From NCBI GenBank assembly GCA_002727315.1, contig PBWR01000009.1, positions 29,532-93,531 of the forward strand: DNA of 64,000 nt. The letters are read 5' to 3'. This document shows, piece after piece, positions 9,815-19,556 of the stretch. The translations under genes were made by a program, and so were the position numbers. This DNA is from Alphaproteobacteria bacterium. Its GTDB lineage: Bacteria; Pseudomonadota; Alphaproteobacteria; UBA6615. The notes under the pieces were generated by a model that saw only the letters and a program-made list of their open reading frames with translations, had not been told where the DNA came from and ran no database searches. The number at the start of each line of letters is the position of its first letter. Positions within the stretch are counted from its first letter, which is position 1.

Positions 9815-11992
9815 TTAGCTGCGCGCCCGCTCGACCGTGCTCACGGTCCGTCGGCCGCGCAGTGACGTGACGATGGCATTGAGATGCTTGGCATCCTCGA
9901 CCTCGATATCCACCACCATGTCGAAGAAATCGGCGGTCCGATTGGTGAATTTCAGGTTCGAGATGTTGCCGCGCGCACCGGCAATGGTTTCCGCCAGTTC
10001 GGCCAGGCTGCCGGGCTCGTTCATCAAGGTGACATTCAGCCGGCTGACCTGTGCGCCGCCATCCTCGGAATCCCGGTCCCATGCCACATCGATCCAGCGC
10101 TCGGGGCTATCGGCAAATGCCTCGAGCGTCATGCAGTCGATGGTATGGATCGTGGCGCCCTTGCCGGTCGTCATGATGCCGACGATCCGGTCGCCGGGCA
10201 GCGGATAGCAGCACTTGGCCATGTGCACGGCGATCCCCGGGGTCAGTCCGTTGATCGGGACCGCGTGTTCTGCGCCATTCTTCGCCGGCTTGCGCCTGCG
10301 CAACGAGAATATGGAGCTGCTGGCCTTTTTCGTGTCCTTCCCTTCGACCCGGTCCGGCAACACGCTGCGCACGACATCGCGACCTGTGTAGATGCCCTGC
10401 CCCACCATCGCGAACAGGTCGTCGTCTGATTCCGCGTGCAGATCCGACAGGGCGTTGTCGAGAGAGACATCCTCCAGGGTTTCGTCGAAACGCCCGAATG
10501 CCTTCTCGACAATGCTGCGCCCCAGATCGGCATACTGGCGTGTCTGGGCTTCGCGCAGCACCCGGCGGATGCGCGCGCGCGCCTTGCCGGTGACGACGAA
10601 CTTTTCCCAGTCGGGCGACGGGGTCTGGTTCGTCGATGTCAGGATCTCGACCTGATCGCCGTTCTGCAATCCGGTGCGCAGGGGCATGTTGCGCCCGTTG
10701 ATCTTGGCGCCCACGCACCGGTCACCGATCTCGGTGTGGACCGCATAGGCGAAGTCGATGGGTGTTGATCCGCGCGGCAGCGAGAACACATCCCCGCGCG
10801 GGGAGAAACAGAACACCTGGTCTGAGAACATCTCCAGCCGGGTGTGGGCGAGGAAATCCTCAGGTGCGGCCGCATTCTCCAGGATCTCCAACAACTCCTG
10901 AAGCCAGCGATACTGCCGGCTTTCGGCACGAATGGCGCTCGTCGCCGGGCCCGAGCCCACTTCCTTGTAGGACCAGTGCGCCGCCACACCCCGTTCGGCG
11001 ATGTCGTGCATCTGGTTGGTGCGGATCTGAATCTCGACCCGGTGGTCCGCCAGCCCCAGCACGCTCGTGTGCAGGGACCGGTAGCCATTCGGCTTCGGTG
11101 TCGAGATGTAATCCTTGAAGCGGCCGGGTACGACCGGGTAGCGGCTGTGGACGACACCCAGCGCCTGGTAACACTCCGGCACCGACGCGACGATGACGCG
11201 GAACGCGATGATGTCCGACACTTGTTCCAGCGAGGTCTGCTGACGTTGCATCTTGCGCCAAATGGAATAAGGCGATTTCTCGCGCCCGGCGATATCGGCC
11301 TCAATCCCCACCTCGGCGAACACCTCGCCCAGTTCGCGCACAACACCCTCGACGATGCCCTCACCCTCGGAGCGCAGGAAGCCCAGTCGGCGGGCGATGG
11401 AATCGCGCGCATCCGGGTTCAGGACCCGAAAGGCCCGGTCCTCGAGTTCGTCCTTGATGTCGTGCATGCCGATGCGTTCGGCGAGCGGCGCGTAGATGTC
11501 CATGGTCTCGCGCGCGATGCGCACGCGGCTGTCTTCCTTCCCAACATGCTCGAGCGTGCGCATATTATGCAGCCGGTCGGCCAGCTTCACGAGCAGTACC
11601 CTGATGTCACGGCTCATGGCCAGGAGCAGCTTGCGGAAATTCTCGGCCTGCTTTGCCCGGTTCGACTGCAGTTCCAGCTGGGTCAGCTTCGTGACACCGT
11701 CCACCAGCTGCGCCACCTCGTCACCGAACAATTCCGAAATCTGTTCCGAGGTGGCATCGGTGTCCTCGATCGTATCGTGCAGGAGGGCGGTGATGATCGA
11801 GGCCGTGTCGAGGTGATAATTGGTCAGGATCCCCGCCACCTCGAGCGGGTGGATGAAATAGGGGTCGCCCGATGCGCGCGTTTGGGAGCTGTGCGCCTCC
11901 ATCGAGAAGACATAGGCGCGATTGAGCGCATCCTCGTCCACGCTCGGATCGTAGGCCCGGACCCGCTCGATCAGTTCTGCTTGCTGCATCAT
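9815..11992 (-). CDS. spoT: Bifunctional (p)ppGpp synthetase/hydrolase (RelA/SpoT homologue)
   Basis: 725 aa. HD hydrolase domain (HPLEVA, HDTIEDT), synthetase domain (YRSLHT), and TGS and ACT regions. rpoZ lies immediately upstream. Confidence 0.95.
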   Translation of the reverse strand: MMQQAELIERVRAYDPSVDEDALNRAYVFSMEAHSSQTRASGDPYFIHPLEVAGILTNYHLDTASIITALLHDTIEDTDATSEQISELFGDEVAQLVDGVTKLTQLELQSNRAKQAENFRKLLLAMSRDIRVLLVKLADRLHNMRTLEHVGKEDSRVRIARETMDIYAPLAERIGMHDIKDELEDRAFRVLNPDARDSIARRLGFLRSEGEGIVEGVVRELGEVFAEVGIEADIAGREKSPYSIWRKMQRQQTSLEQVSDIIAFRVIVASVPECYQALGVVHSRYPVVPGRFKDYISTPKPNGYRSLHTSVLGLADHRVEIQIRTNQMHDIAERGVAAHWSYKEVGSGPATSAIRAESRQYRWLQELLEILENAAAPEDFLAHTRLEMFSDQVFCFSPRGDVFSLPRGSTPIDFAYAVHTEIGDRCVGAKINGRNMPLRTGLQNGDQVEILTSTNQTPSPDWEKFVVTGKARARIRRVLREAQTRQYADLGRSIVEKAFGRFDETLEDVSLDNALSDLHAESDDDLFAMVGQGIYTGRDVVRSVLPDRVEGKDTKKASSSIFSLRRRKPAKNGAEHAVPINGLTPGIAVHMAKCCYPLPGDRIVGIMTTGKGATIHTIDCMTLEAFADSPERWIDVAWDRDSEDGGAQVSRLNVTLMNEPGSLAELAETIAGARGNISNLKFTNRTADFFDMVVDIEVEDAKHLNAIVTSLRGRRTVSTVERARS

Positions 11993-12119
11993 GGAACCAT
12001 CATAACCACGAAGTGCCGGGCACGAAAAAGCCCGGGCGCACCTGTGTGCATCCGGGCCTGTTCAAAACGAGGGACCATGCGATCCGAACTGGGCGCGACA
12101 CGCGCCGGGAAACGACCAG

Positions 12120-12518
12120 TCAGCTGGCGTCCTCCTGGCTCTCGTCGACGGCATCCTCGAACCGCATCTGCGGCATCTCGGGCTCGGCGCCCGGCTCCGC
12201 ATCGGCCTCGGGCAGCTCCTGTTCGACGCCCGCGACATTGGATTCCGATACCAGAAGCTCGATGACTTCATCCTCTTCCGGAAGGTCGAATTCAACATGC
12301 TTCTGCTGGCTCACAACGAGCGATTCCTGGAGGTTTTCCAGTTCCACGGTTTCATCCGCGATCTCACGCAGCGCAATCACCGGGTTCTTGTCATTGTCGC
12401 GTTCGACGGTGATCGGGGCACCGGCCGAAACCTCACGCGCGCGCTGGGCGGCAAGCATGACAAGATCGAACCGGTTGGAAACTTTTTCAATACAATCTTC
12501 GACCGTGACACGGGCCAT
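12120..12518 (-). CDS. rpoZ: DNA-directed RNA polymerase subunit omega
   Basis: [29 protein letters not shown]-terminus with an acidic C-terminal tail. Confidence 0.9.
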   Translation of the reverse strand: MARVTVEDCIEKVSNRFDLVMLAAQRAREVSAGAPITVERDNDKNPVIALREIADETVELENLQESLVVSQQKHVEFDLPEEDEVIELLVSESNVAGVEQELPEADAEPGAEPEMPQMRFEDAVDESQEDAS

Positions 12519-12592
12519 TCAGATATCTCCGGACAGTATGAAATTCGCCGACGTATATAGGGACAAAGTGCCGAAAAGCCAACAACTTATGC

Positions 12593-13099
12593 TCAGGAAC
12601 CCTCTTTCCCGGCGCCGACCGGCCGGATGTCCGCGCGATCTCGTGCGCCCGCCAGAAGGGTATCCACGCCCTCATCCGTGAGAGGATGGCGCCATTCCGG
12701 GCAAACATCGCGCAACGGGCGCAAAACGAAGGCCCGTTCGGCGAGGCGCGGATGGGGCAAAACCGGCCAGTTTTCCTGCACCAGCCCATCATGATCGAGC
12801 AAATCGATATCGATCATCCGGGCCGCGTTGCGTTCGGACCGCTCGCGCCCGAACTCGCGCTCGATATCATGCAACAACTGCAACAAGGGCCCGGGTTCCA
12901 ATTTCGTTTCCAGCACCGCAACGGCATTCACGTAGCGCGGCTGCGAAGACGCGGGAACCGGCGCGCTGGAATACCAATCCGACAACGCCACCACGTGAAC
13001 ATCCGAGCGCGCGATTTGTTCCAGCGCCGCCGACAGGGTCTTGCGCGGGGTCCCATGCACCGGGCTTGGCAGGTTCGCGCCGAGGCCGATCAGGATCAT
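12593..13099 (-). CDS. folK: 2-amino-4-hydroxy-6-hydroxymethyldihydropteridine pyrophosphokinase
   Basis: MILIGLGANL..., YVNAVAVLET, RMIDIDLL, HPRLAERAFVL. The ATG at 13099 is preferred over the GTG at 13117. Confidence 0.85.
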   Translation of the reverse strand: MILIGLGANLPSPVHGTPRKTLSAALEQIARSDVHVVALSDWYSSAPVPASSQPRYVNAVAVLETKLEPGPLLQLLHDIEREFGRERSERNAARMIDIDLLDHDGLVQENWPVLPHPRLAERAFVLRPLRDVCPEWRHPLTDEGVDTLLAGARDRADIRPVGAGKEGS

Positions 13100-13263
13100 C
13101 GCCGCGCCTCCCGGCACCCGGACCGGGCGACGGCTGGACAGTCTGATGAGCGCAAGCTATCTAGGCCACCGTCCATATAAGCCCCATACATTTGCGGCGA
13201 ACCGGCATCAACGGCCCGATTTCAACGCCACCATCCGATATTTCATGTAAGGCCTTCGCAAAC

Positions 13264-13890
13264 ATGTTCAGTACCAGTGAAAAGACCGTCGTCTTTATCG
13301 ACGGCGCCAATCTCTATGCCACGGCGCGCGGCATGGATTTCGATATCGACTACAAGAAGCTGCTCGCGCTGTTCCGCGAAAAGACCAACCTGCTTCGTGC
13401 CTACTACTATACGGTCCTGATCGAGGATCAGGAATATTCGCCAATCCGCCCGCTTGTCGACTGGCTCGACTACAACGGCTACACGCTGGTCACCAAGCCG
13501 GCGAAAGACTTTACGGACTCCAAGGGCCGGCGGCGTAGCCGAAACTCGATCAGCGTTGATCTGGCGGTCGACATGCTGGAAATTGCCGACAGGGTCGACC
13601 ATGTCGTCCTGATTTCGGGCGACAGCGGATATCGTCGTGCGATCGAGGCCGTCCAGGCGCGCGGTGCAAGAGTCAGCGTTATCAGTGCAGTCTCGAATGC
13701 CTCTGTGGCGGTGGCCGACGAGCTGCGGCGCCAGGCGGACCGGTTCATCGACCTGGCCGAATTGCGCGCGGAAATCGCGCGCGACCGGTCAGGCCGGCCG
13801 GCACAACAGGAAGCATTCGACAACGAAGACGATTACGAAGACTACGAAGATTATGACGACGATCAGGCCGTCGCATTCGGAGACCAGTAA
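13264..13890 (+). CDS. NYN-domain (LabA/DUF88-like) protein with a poly-acidic C-terminal tail
   Basis: VVFIDGANLY ... VVLISGDSGY pattern typical of LabA-like NYN domains. The ATG at 13264 follows a divergent intergenic region. The tail is NEDDYEDYEDYDDD. Confidence 0.8.
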   Translation: MFSTSEKTVVFIDGANLYATARGMDFDIDYKKLLALFREKTNLLRAYYYTVLIEDQEYSPIRPLVDWLDYNGYTLVTKPAKDFTDSKGRRRSRNSISVDLAVDMLEIADRVDHVVLISGDSGYRRAIEAVQARGARVSVISAVSNASVAVADELRRQADRFIDLAELRAEIARDRSGRPAQQEAFDNEDDYEDYEDYDDDQAVAFGDQ

Positions 13891-13894
13891 CGCC

Positions 13895-14542
13895 ATGGAC
13901 GCACCTGCCCATGATTGCCCATTGTGCCCGCGCCTGGTCACCTTTCGCGAGGACAACCAGGCCAAGTTTCCCGACTTTCACAATGGCCCGGTGCCCAGTT
14001 TCGGCAGCACCAGTTCACGTCTCTTGATTGTCGGCCTCGCACCCGGCCTGAAGGGAGCCAACCGGACAGCGCGCCCCTTCACCGGCGACTATGCCGGTGA
14101 CCTGCTTTATCCGACACTGAAGAAATTCGGCTTCGCCCGCGGTAACTATGACGCGCACCCGGACGACGGTGTCGCGCTGGACGATTGCCGGATCACCAAC
14201 GCGGTCCGCTGCGTGCCCCCCCAGAACAAGCCGGTGGGAGCCGAAGTGGTTGCATGCCGCCCGTTCTTTGCCTCGGAACTTGCCGCCATGACGAACCTGA
14301 AGGTCGTGCTGGCCCTGGGCGGGCTTGCCCACAAGGCGACCCTCGCGACGCTGGGCTACACCCAGTCGGCGTTCAAGTTCGGTCACGGTGCCATGCACAG
14401 CGTTGAACGGGACGGTGCCCATCTCCTGCTCGCCAACAGTTATCACTGCTCGCGCTACAACACGAATACGGGCCGCCTGACGACACAGATGTTCGAGGAT
14501 GTCTTCACGGCCGTGCGCACCCATCTCGACACGGCAGATTAA
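13895..14542 (+). CDS. Uracil-DNA glycosylase superfamily protein (family 4/5-like)
   Basis: CPLCPRL N-terminus, GLAPGLKGANRTARPFTGD motif, and a late HCSRYN motif. The ATG lies 4 nt after the NYN gene stop. Confidence 0.8.
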   Translation: MDAPAHDCPLCPRLVTFREDNQAKFPDFHNGPVPSFGSTSSRLLIVGLAPGLKGANRTARPFTGDYAGDLLYPTLKKFGFARGNYDAHPDDGVALDDCRITNAVRCVPPQNKPVGAEVVACRPFFASELAAMTNLKVVLALGGLAHKATLATLGYTQSAFKFGHGAMHSVERDGAHLLLANSYHCSRYNTNTGRLTTQMFEDVFTAVRTHLDTAD

Positions 14543-14631
14543 CGCAGCCCCGAGTGCGGTGGCCTAGCTCTCGCTTAGAACCCCGCGGCGGATCTGGTTG
14601 CGATTGACCCCAATCGGATCGATATTTATTT

Positions 14632-14649
14632 TAGTTTCATATGTAACTA
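14632..14649 (+). promoter_or_regulatory. Candidate MarR autoregulatory operator (18-bp near-perfect palindrome)
   Basis: TAGTTtCATATGtAACTA has 16 of 18 positions self-complementary. It sits in an AT-rich patch 10 nt upstream of the marR ATG. Confidence 0.5.
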
Positions 14650-14658
14650 GTTCAAGGT

Positions 14659-15144
14659 ATGTCCATGGCTAAGGCAAAACACGGTTCCGCGACCGCATCG
14701 CCCCATCTGGCGCTTGAACACTTCCTGCCCTACCGCTTGTCGATCCTGTCAAACACGGTCAGCAATGCGATCGCACGGGACTATCAGGAGAAGTTCGGCC
14801 TGACGGTCCCCGAGTGGCGGGTTATGGCCGTGCTCGGTCGGTTCGGTCCCGCCACCGCGACCGGCATCGGTGCCCGCACGGCAATGGACAAGGTGACCGT
14901 TAGCCGCGCCACCAACCGATTGATCGAGCGCGGCCAGGTACTGCGCTCCACGGACACGGACGATCGCCGGCGCGCCATCCTGGAGCTCACCCAAAAGGGG
15001 CAGAACATCCACGACCGGATCGTGCCGGTCGCACTCGCCCATGAGCGTGGTCTGCTCGAAGCGCTCAACAAGAAAGAAAAAGAAACCCTCGACGCCCTGC
15101 TTGCGAAGCTGCAATCCCACACCGACCGTGACGGGCCGAACTAG
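14659..15144 (+). CDS. MarR-family transcriptional regulator
   Basis: 161 aa with a winged-HTH MarR pattern (LTVPEWRVMAVL, TAMDKVTVSRATNRLIERG, DRRRAILELT). Confidence 0.85.
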   Translation: MSMAKAKHGSATASPHLALEHFLPYRLSILSNTVSNAIARDYQEKFGLTVPEWRVMAVLGRFGPATATGIGARTAMDKVTVSRATNRLIERGQVLRSTDTDDRRRAILELTQKGQNIHDRIVPVALAHERGLLEALNKKEKETLDALLAKLQSHTDRDGPN

Positions 15145-15294
15145 GGAAAACAGGGCGCCGCGCGATGGCCGAATGTTCAATCAAAAATGCCGAAAATCGG
15201 CCGCGATTGGCCGCCGCAATCCGGTGCGTTCAATTGCCCTGAATCGCGGCCTGTGTTAACCGGCGGGCATCCTTACCGCTTTCGGACGAAACCT

Positions 15295-15741
15295 TTGGCA
15301 AAACGCGGTTCTCTCTGGGTTCTGAATGGACCGAACCTCAACCTGCTCGGCGAGCGGGAACCCGGCATCTATGGCGGGGACTCCCTGGCGGATATCGAGA
15401 AGCTATGCGCCGAGGCGGCCGAAACGGCCGGGTTCGATCTGACGTTCCGACAGACCAACCATGAGGGGGAAATGGTTGCGTGGATCCAGGACGCCCGAAC
15501 CGAAGCATCCGGCGTGGCGATCAATGCCGGCGCCTATACGCATACATCGGTGGCAGTGCACGACGCGCTCCGGCTGCTGGATATCCCGATCGTCGAAGTC
15601 CACCTTTCGAACATCTTCGCCCGCGAGGAGTTCCGGCATAAATCCTATGTCAGCGCAGCGGCGACAGGTGTCGTCTGCGGCTTCGGCACCCACAGTTACA
15701 TCCTGGCAATCACAGCGCTCGCCGCGCGTATGGACCTTTAG
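15295..15741 (+). CDS. aroQ: Type II 3-dehydroquinate dehydratase
   Basis: [39 protein letters not shown]. There is no ATG near the conserved N-terminus, so a TTG at 15295 is proposed; the start is uncertain. Confidence 0.8.
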   Translation: MAKRGSLWVLNGPNLNLLGEREPGIYGGDSLADIEKLCAEAAETAGFDLTFRQTNHEGEMVAWIQDARTEASGVAINAGAYTHTSVAVHDALRLLDIPIVEVHLSNIFAREEFRHKSYVSAAATGVVCGFGTHSYILAITALAARMDL

Positions 15742-15744
15742 CGA

Positions 15745-16206
15745 ATGAGCGAACCTTTCGATATCGATTCCGATCTTGTCCGCAAGCTGGCGGACCTGAT
15801 CGCGGAAACCGGCCTGGCCGAAATCGAGTATGAAGACAATGGCCGGTGTGTGCGCGTGGCCGCCCCGAACACTTCCATGGCAGCTTCGGTTGCTGCGGCA
15901 CCAGCGGCAGCGCCGGCGCCCACCCCAGCTGTAACCCCCGCCGCAGCGCCGGCTGGCGATTCCGCCGCCCACCCCGGCGCCGTGACATCTCCGATGGTCG
16001 GCACGGTCTACCTGGCCCAAGCGCCGGAAGACCCGCCCTTCGTCAAGGCGGGTGACACGGTCAGCGAGGGGCAGACCCTGATGCTGATTGAGGCCATGAA
16101 GACCTTCAACGAGGTCAAGGCACCGCGCGCAGGAACGCTTCAGAGCATCGCCGTGGCAACGGGCCAGCCGGTCGAGTTCGGCGAAGTCCTCGCCATCATC
16201 GAATAG
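15745..16206 (+). CDS. accB: Acetyl-CoA carboxylase biotin carboxyl carrier protein
   Basis: Ala/Pro-rich linker and biotinylation motif [10 protein letters not shown]. The aroQ-accB-accC order is typical. Confidence 0.9.
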   Translation: MSEPFDIDSDLVRKLADLIAETGLAEIEYEDNGRCVRVAAPNTSMAASVAAAPAAAPAPTPAVTPAAAPAGDSAAHPGAVTSPMVGTVYLAQAPEDPPFVKAGDTVSEGQTLMLIEAMKTFNEVKAPRAGTLQSIAVATGQPVEFGEVLAIIE

Positions 16207-16225
16207 CCTTCGGGTCGGCGCGCGC

Positions 16226-17566
16226 ATGTTCGACAAGGTCCTGATCGCCAATCGAGGCGAAATCGCGCTGCGGATCCACCGCGCCTGCAAGGAAATGGGC
16301 ATCTCGACGGTTGCGGTTCACTCGACAGCCGATTCCTATGCCATGCATGTTCGCCTCGCCGATGAAAGCGTCTGCATCGGGCCACCGCCGGCGACCGAAA
16401 GCTATCTGAACATTCCCGCCATCCTCTCGGCCGCCACGGTAACGGATGCTGATGCCATCCACCCGGGCTACGGCTTCCTCTCCGAGAACGCCAACTTCGC
16501 GCGCATCGTGGAAGAGCACGGGATCACCTTCATCGGCCCAAGCTCGGAGATGATCGCGACCATGGGCGACAAGGTCGCCGCGAAAGACGCCATGAAGGCC
16601 GCAGGCGTGCCCGTCGTCCCGGGGTCGGACGGTGCGGTGAAAAACGTCGAAGAGGCCGCAGCCATTGCAAACGAGATTGGCTTCCCGGTGATCGTGAAGG
16701 CCGCAGCCGGCGGCGGCGGTCGCGGAATGAAGGTCGTCGGCTCACCCGCCGACATCGAGACCGCCTTTACGATGGCACGCACCGAAGCCAAGTCGAGCTT
16801 CGGCGACGACACGGTCTATATCGAGAAATATCTCGGCACACCGCGGCACGTCGAGGTGCAGGTGATCGCCGACGGCAAGGGCAATGCGGTACATCTTTTC
16901 GAACGGGACTGTTCGCTCCAGCGCAAACACCAGAAGGTACTAGAGGAGGCGCCCTGCCCGGTTCTCGACAACCCCACCCGCCAGCGCATCGGCAAGGTCT
17001 GCGCCGAAGCCGCGGCCAAGCTCGGCTATCGCAGCGCAGGCACGTTCGAGTTTCTTTACGAGAATGGCGAGTTCTACTTCATCGAGATGAACACGCGGGT
17101 CCAGGTCGAACACCCGATCACGGAAATGATCTGCGATGTGGATATCGTCGCGGAAATGATCCGCATCGCTGCGGGCAAACCCATGTCCATCCGTCAGGAG
17201 GATTTGCGGATCGACGGCCACGCGATCGAATGCCGGATCAATGCAGAGGATCCGGTAACCTTCGCACCGTCACCGGGCCGGGTGGAAGAATTTCATGCGC
17301 CCGGCGGCCTGGGGGTGCGTGTCGATTCCGCGCTCTATGCCGGCTACAGCATTCCGCCCTTTTACGACAGCCTGGTCGCGAAGCTGATCGTCCAAGGGCG
17401 CACACGCGACGAAGCGCTGATGCGGTTGCGCCGCGCGCTCGATGAAATGGTGGTCTCGGGCGTCTTGACGACGATCCCGTTGCATCAGCAACTCGCGACC
17501 AACCCCTCCTTTGTCGAGGGTGACTATGATATTCACTGGCTCGAAGGCTTCGTCTCCGGTTCATAG
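16226..17566 (+). CDS. accC: Acetyl-CoA carboxylase biotin carboxylase subunit
   Basis: [17 protein letters not shown] with full-length ATP-grasp biotin carboxylase sequence. Confidence 0.95.
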   Translation: MFDKVLIANRGEIALRIHRACKEMGISTVAVHSTADSYAMHVRLADESVCIGPPPATESYLNIPAILSAATVTDADAIHPGYGFLSENANFARIVEEHGITFIGPSSEMIATMGDKVAAKDAMKAAGVPVVPGSDGAVKNVEEAAAIANEIGFPVIVKAAAGGGGRGMKVVGSPADIETAFTMARTEAKSSFGDDTVYIEKYLGTPRHVEVQVIADGKGNAVHLFERDCSLQRKHQKVLEEAPCPVLDNPTRQRIGKVCAEAAAKLGYRSAGTFEFLYENGEFYFIEMNTRVQVEHPITEMICDVDIVAEMIRIAAGKPMSIRQEDLRIDGHAIECRINAEDPVTFAPSPGRVEEFHAPGGLGVRVDSALYAGYSIPPFYDSLVAKLIVQGRTRDEALMRLRRALDEMVVSGVLTTIPLHQQLATNPSFVEGDYDIHWLEGFVSGS

Positions 17567-17575
17567 GTCGCGACG

Positions 17576-18226
17576 ATGACAGGACTGACCCCGCAGTTGC
17601 TTCTGGGTGCCTACGCCAGCGGAATTTTCCCGATGGCCGAGAGTCGGCACGACCCGGACCTCTACTGGATCGACCCGGACGTACGCGGGATCATCCCACT
17701 CGAGAAGTTTCATATCCCCCGCCGGTTGCGCAAAACCCTGCGCGCCTCGCCGTTCGAAATTCGCTGCGACAGCGATTTCATCGAGACCGTTCGTGGTTGT
17801 GCCGAACCCCAGGGGGACCGGCCTGAAACCTGGATCAACGACGAGATCGAGCGGCTCTACAACACGCTCCACGAGATGGGCTTCGCCCACTCGGTCGAGT
17901 GCTGGCAGGACGGGCACCTGGTGGGGGGCCTCTACGGGGTCAGCCTGGGCGGTGCGTTCTTCGGTGAAAGCATGTTCTCGCGTGAACGCGACGCCAGCAA
18001 GATCGCGCTCTGTCACCTGGCGGCCCGGCTGCGGAACGCAGGCTTTGCCCTGCTCGACAGCCAGTTCGTGACCGATCATCTCACGCAGTTCGGCGCCGAG
18101 GAGATCGACCGGGCGGACTACAAACAGCGGCTGGCGGCCGCGCTGAAGATCGATGCGGGTTTTCAGCCCGAACTGTCGGACGCGGAATTCGAAGCTTTCA
18201 TACAGTCTACGACCCAGACATCGTAG
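17576..18226 (+). CDS. aat: Leucyl/phenylalanyl-tRNA--protein transferase
   Basis: LLLGAYASGIFPMAE, WIDPDVRGIIPL, SVECWQDGHLVGGLYG. Confidence 0.9.
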   Translation: MTGLTPQLLLGAYASGIFPMAESRHDPDLYWIDPDVRGIIPLEKFHIPRRLRKTLRASPFEIRCDSDFIETVRGCAEPQGDRPETWINDEIERLYNTLHEMGFAHSVECWQDGHLVGGLYGVSLGGAFFGESMFSRERDASKIALCHLAARLRNAGFALLDSQFVTDHLTQFGAEEIDRADYKQRLAAALKIDAGFQPELSDAEFEAFIQSTTQTS

Positions 18227-18597
18227 ACCGGGTGTTCGAGCGCGGAGACGGCCGGGCTCGAAGCGAACATCCATCCCACGAACAGATCCCGGGGCACATT
18301 GGTTTCGAACGTCTCCTCGATCTCGAGGAACGCGGTGCTTTCGGGGGCTTCGGTGGGCGGCGCCTTGTGACAGGCCCGGACCTGAATCTCCAGCGACCCG
18401 AAACGCACAGGCGTGTCGAAAGGCGCATCGAAGGTGGAAATCCGGGCCGTCACCTTGTCCAGCCCCTGCAGGACAGCCCCGGCCGTCGGCGGCCCGGCCG
18501 GCTGGCCGCGATCACGCGCCGATTGGCCATCAGCCACATGAGGGGCGGCCAAGACAAAGGCGCTCACCAGAGTTGCGGAGACGAAAAGGCGTCGCAT
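18163..18597 (-). CDS. DUF2155-type secreted protein
   Basis: Signal peptide MRRLFVSATLVSAFVLAAP. GAVLQGLDKVTARIS...LEIQVRAC...HPVYDVWVVDC is typical of DUF2155, which neighbours NDUFA12 in alphaproteobacteria. ATG at 18597. Confidence 0.75.
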   Translation of the reverse strand: MRRLFVSATLVSAFVLAAPHVADGQSARDRGQPAGPPTAGAVLQGLDKVTARISTFDAPFDTPVRFGSLEIQVRACHKAPPTEAPESTAFLEIEETFETNVPRDLFVGWMFASSPAVSALEHPVYDVWVVDCMKASNSASDSSG

Positions 18598-18625
18598 CAG
18601 GTGCACGTTCCGATGAATGCGAGGC

Positions 18626-19075
18626 TCACTTCGGTTCGGTCGCCAGGAACATGATTTCCGAGACCGTGTCCTCGAGCGCCTGGAAATCGCGTGTCTGGAC
18701 GATTTCTCCGCCCGGCGCGATTGTCTCGGAATCGTCGCCCGGGAACAGGCGCAGATACTTGCCGCCCAGAAGCCCCTCCCCGGTGACGCCGGCCTCGCTG
18801 TCAACGGGCAGGCGAATATCGTCGCGCACCGAGAATGTCACCACGGCCTCGAAATTCTCTGTATCGAGGGTACGGTCGATCACCGTGCCGACCTTCACAC
18901 CGGAAATTCGCACGTCGCTGCCGCGAACCAGGCCACCGACCTTGAGGAAACGGGCCGTCAGCTCATACCCGCTGTCGCCCTGGACATTGATGGCGCGACC
19001 GGCAAGCACCATAAAACCGATGGCGACGATCAGCACCACGGCGCCCAGGATCGTCTCGACTGCACCACGTCTCAT
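18626..19075 (-). CDS. MlaD/MCE-domain protein (outer-membrane lipid asymmetry MlaD-like)
   Basis: N-terminal TM segment followed by an MCE domain (GLVRGSDVRISGVKVGTV...GLLGGKYLRL). Confidence 0.8.
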   Translation of the reverse strand: MRRGAVETILGAVVLIVAIGFMVLAGRAINVQGDSGYELTARFLKVGGLVRGSDVRISGVKVGTVIDRTLDTENFEAVVTFSVRDDIRLPVDSEAGVTGEGLLGGKYLRLFPGDDSETIAPGGEIVQTRDFQALEDTVSEIMFLATEPK

Positions 19076-19545
19076 TGTTCCGTCTCCGTCTCGCGCGCCG
19101 AGCGTGCCCGGGCAATAATCAAGCTCAGCAAATCGTCTAGAACGATCGAATCCTCGGTGAAATTTATCCGACCACCGTCGCCGATAAAGCTGTCGCCCGC
19201 GCCGATATCGATACGCACGAGTTTTCCGCCAAACACGCCGTCCGTCACGATCGCCGCGGTGGCATCGGTATCCAGCTCGACAGCCCCATCGATACGCAAC
19301 GTCGCCATCACCCGGAAGTCATCTACGAGCGTCAGGTCTGCAACCTCTCCGACATTCACACCGGCTGCCTGGACCGAGCTGCCGACCGTAATTCCGTCGG
19401 TACTGCCGAACACTGCCCGCACGTCGATCGTCGAGCCGCCGACCCGGGTCGGGCCGAACACCGTGAAGAGAACGAGCGCGATCGCCACGCACGCGCCCAA
19501 GCCAACCATGACATTGCGAAGTTCGCGCTGCGCGGCCTTGTCCAT
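19072..19545 (-). CDS. Second, divergent MlaD/MCE-domain protein (tandem paralogue)
   Basis: Same architecture (TM segment, GITVGSSVQAAGVNVGEV...GVFGGKLVRI). Its stop overlaps the downstream paralogue's start by 4 nt. Confidence 0.7.
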   Translation of the reverse strand: MDKAAQRELRNVMVGLGACVAIALVLFTVFGPTRVGGSTIDVRAVFGSTDGITVGSSVQAAGVNVGEVADLTLVDDFRVMATLRIDGAVELDTDATAAIVTDGVFGGKLVRIDIGAGDSFIGDGGRINFTEDSIVLDDLLSLIIARARSARETETEQ

Positions 19546-19556
19546 CGGCGCGTCGT

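Noticed and set aside
10844-12265. 473-aa ORF antisense to spoT and rpoZ
   Set aside because: Shadow ORF crossing a gene boundary. The SpoT HD, synthetase, TGS and ACT domains are on the other strand.
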